Source of the DNA: Antedon mediterranea
Taxonomy: Eukaryota; Animalia; Echinodermata
Direction of reading: 5' to 3'
NCBI RefSeq assembly: GCF_964355755.1
Contig: NC_092674.1
Span: forward strand, 11,036,001-11,100,000
Length of the DNA stretch: 64,000 nucleotides
Part shown: positions 56,600-64,000 of the stretch, one piece after another
Position numbering within the stretch: the first letter of the stretch is position 1
How the letters are laid out: each line of letters begins with the position of its first letter
The notes under the pieces: model-generated
Database searches by the model: none
What the model saw: the letters and a program-made list of their open reading frames with translations, nothing else
What the model was told of the DNA's origin: nothing
Translations under genes and position numbers: made by a program

Positions 56600-57715
56600 A
56601 AAAGATTTATTTAAATTGTCTCACATCAGAACCAGGGGACACAGCTTAAAACTATATCATCCAAAACTTAAGCCCCTTTCACACAGAGCTGTAAGACGGT
56701 AATATTGCGGTAATTCGCGAACGCCGGCTTATGTGTGAAAGGGTAAAAACCCCTTAATGCCGGCTTCCGTTAGACCGCCTCTGGACCTAGTAAAATTGCG
56801 GTAATATTACCGTCACGGTCGTAAGCCTGATCTGTGTGAAAGAGTCCACGATATAACGCCTGCTTACGCAGTGAAGCAAGGCAAAGAATATATATTCTTT
56901 GAGCAAGGATAAATTGGGGACATTTTCCTTGATTGAGAAAGACTGTGGCAATTACTTTAGGCCAAATTATTAGATTATATCCATTATATTATATATTTTT
57001 AGGTTAGTTTGTAAATAATACAATGGAAGAATACGGCCAATAATAATAAAAATATAACAGATGTTGGTCCAAAGATTATACTTGCTGTAACGTACGTAAG
57101 CCTAGGCCCTAGTTAGCATAGTTCTAGCAGGAACATCCTCCGGTGCGCGCTCCCGGTGCTAGCTCATAACCGCTTCTGATAATTAAATTCGCGTCTATTT
57201 GTAGGCCTAATAGATTTTGTTTCTGTAGAATGGCCATCACGATCGGGCAGTTATTAGCACGGAGTGGTGTTGGGCAAAAATATAGATTTTATGCATCGTA
57301 AATAAAAAAACTAAACGACGGACACACAAAACAACATCAGCAAACATGTGCGCGCATGGCATGTTTTGTGCAGGTGCCCGCCATTTTCTTTTCTCAAAAA
57401 GTGCGACCTCTATTTTATGAAGACAGTAAACTTTAAATATTGCGCCTTTCCACTGTGGCCTTTCACACAGAAGACGGTAAAATTACCGTAATATTACCTT
57501 CTGTGTGAATGGGTTTAGACCGGCAATAACGCCGGCTTGCTTACCGCAATATTGCCGAAGTTCTGTGTGAAAAGGCCTTTAGAGGAAATCTTATGTGCAG
57601 GGTCAACTTTTTTAACATCAGAGTCATACATCACTGGAATTCTCTGCCTGAATATGTAATACAAGCCTCTTCACAGTGAACAACTTTAAGTCTAGACTTG
57701 ACAACTATTTTCGGC
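56600..57715 (+). mobile_element. CR1-like LINE 3' fragment split by a MITE
   Basis: RTRGHSLKLYHPKL | RGNLMCRVNFFNIRVIHHWNSLPEYVIQA..NNFKSRLD. Confidence 0.75.
56671..57578. mobile_element. PIF/Harbinger-like non-autonomous element, TTA TSD
   Basis: AGCCCCTTTCACACAGA / TCTGTGTGAAAAGGCCT; removing it restores the LINE frame. Confidence 0.85.
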
Positions 57716-57845
57716 TAGAAATGGAATCTAATAGGCACTAGCCTAAACTATTTCCATCAAACATTAAGTGCATCATTCCTAGGCTAGGCCCCTATCTATA
57801 TCACACACACACACATGGGTAGGACTGCAGTTGGTATTCTGTTAC

Positions 57846-59891
57846 GAGTGTTGACAAAGTGCGAGGCACGTGAGGCAAGCGCGGCATGCCAAATATTTGT
57901 GCGAGGCATCATTTTATCATTTCCAAAAGTGCGAGGCATGCCAGGCATATAGTTTACAATTTCAAAAAGGTGCGAGGCATATCTTAACGTGCTATTATGC
58001 TATATTATAGGCCTAATAATCAATCGATACAAGCGTATCTAAATAGATTCGTGTATACACTCATCATGTTGTTTATTTTTATGTAACGATTGTTTTTTCA
58101 TTCAAGTCATATCGTGTCAAATTTTACTTTTACAAAAGTGCCCAAACTACGGTTCAAAAATCTGAACGACAGTCTTCAACTTTCGATAAACAATAATTGT
58201 TATAGCGACACACTCATCAAATGACTGCAATGTTTGTTGGCATTTCGAGCGTATTCACTCACATGTCTCTCGAACATAGCAGAGTGAAAATAATATTTTG
58301 TCACACCCCTGCGCCTAGATCCGGCAGACCCGAGAGATGGAAAATCCCTCTTTACTATTTAGCAGGTAGCGGAATGATTCAGCCCTCAGCTCAGAGGATT
58401 GTGGTGCATTCCCCTCCTATAGCACGTGGTTTCAGCAGCAACGCACAGACTTCTCTCTGAGCGGCGTGCCAAAGACATTTTTGACATTCCATTCTCTAGG
58501 AACAACACGTGTACCTCTCTCGTAAATAAGGTGAACAGCGATTGCCAGGACAAGTTCAATAACTGGCGGTGAATAAAAGGTAACTGATATGGCGATCCAA
58601 TAACATGCCGCAAAGAAAAAAATTGCGACAGAATTCTGGAGCGCGTGTGAAAAAAGACTTACGTCCGACAATTGTAATACTAGGCCTAAAATTAAACTTT
58701 AGCTAATATGCTTAGCCCTAACCTAGATAAGAGGCCTATGTAGAAAATAATTTAATCAATTTTGATATAATAATAATTGGTGTAATATTTAATAATGATA
58801 CACTATTCCTGTTTTAGTAAACTAGGTATATTACATTATTACGAACGATTTTTATTTATTGTTGTCCATGTACGTACTAATAAACCTGGCGCTGGTTTCC
58901 TTCGCTTGTATTTTTACTCCAAATTTGATAACTAACTTTATCGTGTGAATACCACACCTTAGAAGTATACCTCATGAGTGCTTTAATGAAAGAATCACAT
59001 AAAAAGTAACAAATAAATCCTTAAATTAATGATTTTACAGGCGTGTTTCTCGCACACTGTTCGCGAATTTCACTTATTCAATGTTCAATATTTTTGTTTC
59101 TATGGAGCGCCAAAAGAGCAACGATAATAGAGGACTAAAACTCAGTGGAATGCGTCAATTTTTCATGCATTTATTGGTGAAAAACACGTTTTATTTCAAT
59201 ATATTTGTTAATTTGTCAATAAAAATGCTGTAATATGTTACTGCTGATACTGTTCTGTTTTCAAAGAATAATAATCGATCCTAAATCAACATCACTACCT
59301 AGTCTAGACCTAGGACATCCTACTAAGAATATTATGATGAATTTTTCTATTTTATTCTTTAAAAGGTTACCGAAACCGTGTACATTATCAACAGTACACC
59401 GGTGAACAGTAACATTTTTCCTTACTGACAGTGACAAAATCTATTGAAATTGTACTTGATTTTCACCAAATAATGCGTTAAATATAAATGGATTCCACAG
59501 AGTTTTTAGCCCTCTAATTAATTTTGCTCTTTTGGCGTTCCATAGAAACCAAAATATTGAACATTGAGTGTGCGAAATGCGAGAAAAACAACGTCTGTAA
59601 AATCACCAATTTAATGGATTTATTGTTAGTTTTATGTGATTTTTCTTCATTAAAGTAGGCCTACTAATTCTAAGCTGTGGTATTCAGGATAAAGTTGGTT
59701 AAAACACAAGGCAGGTGCAAAAGGAAACTAGCCTAGCGGGCCTAGGCTACTTCAATTTCGGTGATTTCCTGCCTTGCAATTTTGAGAAATGATAAAATGA
59801 TGCCTCGCATTTTTTGATGATGGTAAAACGATGCCTCGCATAAATTTCTGACTTGCCTCGCATGCCTTCCCTGCCTCGCACTTTGTTACTA
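57846..59891. mobile_element. Second copy of the MULE-like element; inverted partial copies at about 61051..62642 and about 63580..64000
   Basis: Near identity to 40543..42597; terminal CCC and TSD not seen. Confidence 0.9.
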
Positions 59892-60094
59892 GGCCTAGCC
59901 TATACTTACTAGCCTAGCTAGGCTTAGGGAGGACAGTTTTAATATCATTGATGGAGGAAAATGGTTTTATAAATTATTTATTTAATATAAAATTATATTA
60001 ATTATTACTTAGAAAAGCAAATCAATATCTTTTGGTTCAAATGGTGGCTCTGAAAAGAGCCTTTTGGTTTGAGAAGTCTTTGGCTGTGTACTGC

Positions 60095-60208
<114 letters not shown>

Positions 60209-60384
60209 TTACAAAATATTATGTGAGTTATTAAAATGAGGGGGACAATGTATCTTTAAAGTCTTATCTTATACAAGTTAAGAATGTTAATATGATTTTC
60301 TTAATATTCAATTTTTAAGCGCAATTCTAATTTTTAGTTTTAATTTACCGCCCGAATCACAATAAGGAATTGCCTAACCCGTAA

Positions 60385-60843
<459 letters not shown>

Positions 60844-62582
60844 GCAGTACACAGCCGGCCAAAGACTTCTCAAACCAAAAGGCTCTTTTCAGAGCCACCA
60901 TTTGAACCAAAAGATATTGATTTGCTTTTCTAAGTAATAATTAATATAATTTTATATTAAATAAATAATTTATAAAACCATTTTCCTCCATCAATGATAT
61001 TAAAACTGTCCTCCCTAAGCCTAGCTAGGCTAGTAAGTATAGGCTAGGCCTAGTAACAAAGTGCGAGGCAGGGAAGGCATGCGAGGCAAGTCAGAAATTT
61101 ATGCGAGGCATCGTTTTACCATCATCAAAAAATGCGAGGCATCATTTTATCATTTCTCAAAATTGCAAGGCAGGAAATCACCGAAATTGAAGTAGCCTAG
61201 GCCCGCTAGGCTAGTTTCCTTTTGCACCTGCCTTGTGTTTTAACCAACTTTATCCTGAATACCACAGCTTAGAATTAGTAGGCCTACTTTAATGAAGAAA
61301 AATCACATAAAACTAACAATAAATCCATTAAATTGGTGATTTTACAGACGTTGTTTTTCTCGCATTTCGCACACTCAATGTTCAATATTTTGGTTTCTAT
61401 GGAACGCCAAAAGAGCAAAATTAATTAGAGGGCTAAAAACTCTGTGGAATCCATTTATATTTAACGCATTATTTGGTGAAAATCAAGTACAATTTCAATA
61501 GATTTTGTCACTGTCAGTAAGGAAAAATGTTACTGTTCACCGGTGTAATGTTGATAATGTACACGGTTTCGGTAACCTTTTAAAGAATAAAATAGAAAAA
61601 TTCATCATAATATTCTTAGTAGGATGTCCTAGGTCTAGACTAGGTAGTGATGTTGATTTAGGATCGATTATTATTCTTTGAAAACAGAACAGTATCAGCA
61701 GTAACATATTACAGCATTTTTATTGACAAATTAACAAATATATTGAAATAAAACGTGTTTTTCACCAATAAATGCATGAAAAATTGACGCATTCCACTGA
61801 GTTTTAGTCCTCTATTATCGTTGCTCTTTTGGCGCTCCATAGAAACAAAAATATTGAACATTGAATAAGTGAAATTCGCGAACAGTGTGCGAGAAACACG
61901 CCTGTAAAATCATTAATTTAAGGATTTATTTGTTACTTTTTATGTGATTCTTTCATTAAAGCACTCATGAGGTATACTTCTAAGGTGTGGTATTCACACG
62001 ATAAAGTTAGTTATCAAATTTGGAGTAAAAATACAAGCGAAGGAAACCAGCGCCAGGTTTATTAGTACGTACATGGACAACAATAAATAAAAATCGTTCG
62101 TAATAATGTAATATACCTAGCTTACTAAAACAGGAATAGTGTATCATTATTAAATATTACACCAATTATTATTATATCAAAATTGATTAAATTATTTTCT
62201 ACATAGGCCTCTTATCTAGGTTAGGGCTAAGCATATTAGCTAAAGTTTAATTTTAGGCCTAGTATTACAATTGTCGGACGTAAGTCTTTTTTCACACGCG
62301 CTCCAGAATTCTGTCGCAATTTTTTTCTTTGCGGCATGTTATTGGATCGCCATATCAGTTACCTTTTATTCACCGCCAGTTATTGAACTTGTCCTGGCAA
62401 TCGCTGTTCACCTTATTTACGAGAGAGGTACACGTGTTGTTCCTAGAGAATGGAATGTCAAAAATGTCTTTGGCACGCCGCTCAGAGAGAAGTCTGTGCG
62501 TTGCTGCTGAAACCACGTGCTATAGGAGGGGAATGCACCACAATCCTCTGAGCTGAGGGCTGAATCATTCCGCTACCTGCTA

Positions 62583-62741
<159 letters not shown>

Positions 62742-62917
62742 TTACAAAATATTATGTGAGTTATTAAAATGAGGGGGACAATGTATCTTTAAAGTCTTAT
62801 CTTATACAAGTTAAGAATGTTAATATGATTTTCTTAATATTCAATTTTTAAGCGCAATTCTAATTTTTAGTTTTAATTTACCGCCCGAATCACAATAAGG
62901 AATTGCCTAACCCGTAA

Positions 62918-63376
<459 letters not shown>

Positions 63377-64000
63377 GCAGTACACAGCCAAAGACTTCTC
63401 AAACCAAAAGGCTCTTTTCAGAGCCACCATTTGAACCAAAAGATATTGATTTGCTTTTCTAAGTAATAATTAATATAATTTTATATTAAATAAATAATTT
63501 ATAAAACCATTTTCCTCCATCAATGATATTAAAACTGTCCTCCCTAAGCCTAGCTAGGCTAGTAAGTATAGGCTAGGCCTAGTAACAAAGTGCGAGGCAG
63601 GGAAGGCATGCGAGGCAAGTCAGAAATTTATGCGAGGCATCGTTTTACCATCATCAAAAAATGCGAGGCATCATTTTATCATTTCTCAAAATTGCAAGGC
63701 AGGAAATCACCGAAATTGAAGTAGCCTAGGCCCGCTAGGCTAGTTTCCTTTTGCACCTGCCTTGTGTTTTAACCAACTTTATCCTGAATACCACAGCTTA
63801 GAATTAGTAGGCCTACTTTAATGAAGAAAAATCACATAAAACTAACAATAAATCCATTAAATTGGTGATTTTACAGACGTTGTTTTTCTCGCATTTCGCA
63901 CACTCAATGTTCAATATTTTGGTTTCTATGGAACGCCAAAAGAGCAAAATTAATTAGAGGGCTAAAAACTCTGTGGAATCCATTTATATTTAACGCATTA

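Overview
AT-rich eukaryotic (invertebrate, probably echinoderm-like; taxon is inference) genomic DNA. Left half: 5' portion of a large minus-strand JIP3/JIP4-family (MAPK8IP3/SPAG9/unc-16/syd) gene, with seven phase-compatible coding exons plus three predicted frame-preserving microexons, two of them a tandem-duplicated 24-nt pair. Introns and the intergenic region are packed with non-autonomous DNA transposons (Kolobok, hAT-like with 5-6 bp TSDs, Harbinger-like, MULE-like), LINE fragments, minisatellites and apparent transposon excision footprints. A structurally unusual U1 snRNA variant lies at about 35.9 kb. Right half: edge of a replication-dependent histone cluster, all genes on the minus strand (transcriptional order H1-H4-H3-H2B-H2A). 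The outer repeat is decaying (frameshifted H2A, transposon-split H3), and the H4 region of the second repeat has undergone a fold-back inversion plus a 2533-bp tandem amplification. All calls were made by eye; no searches were run.
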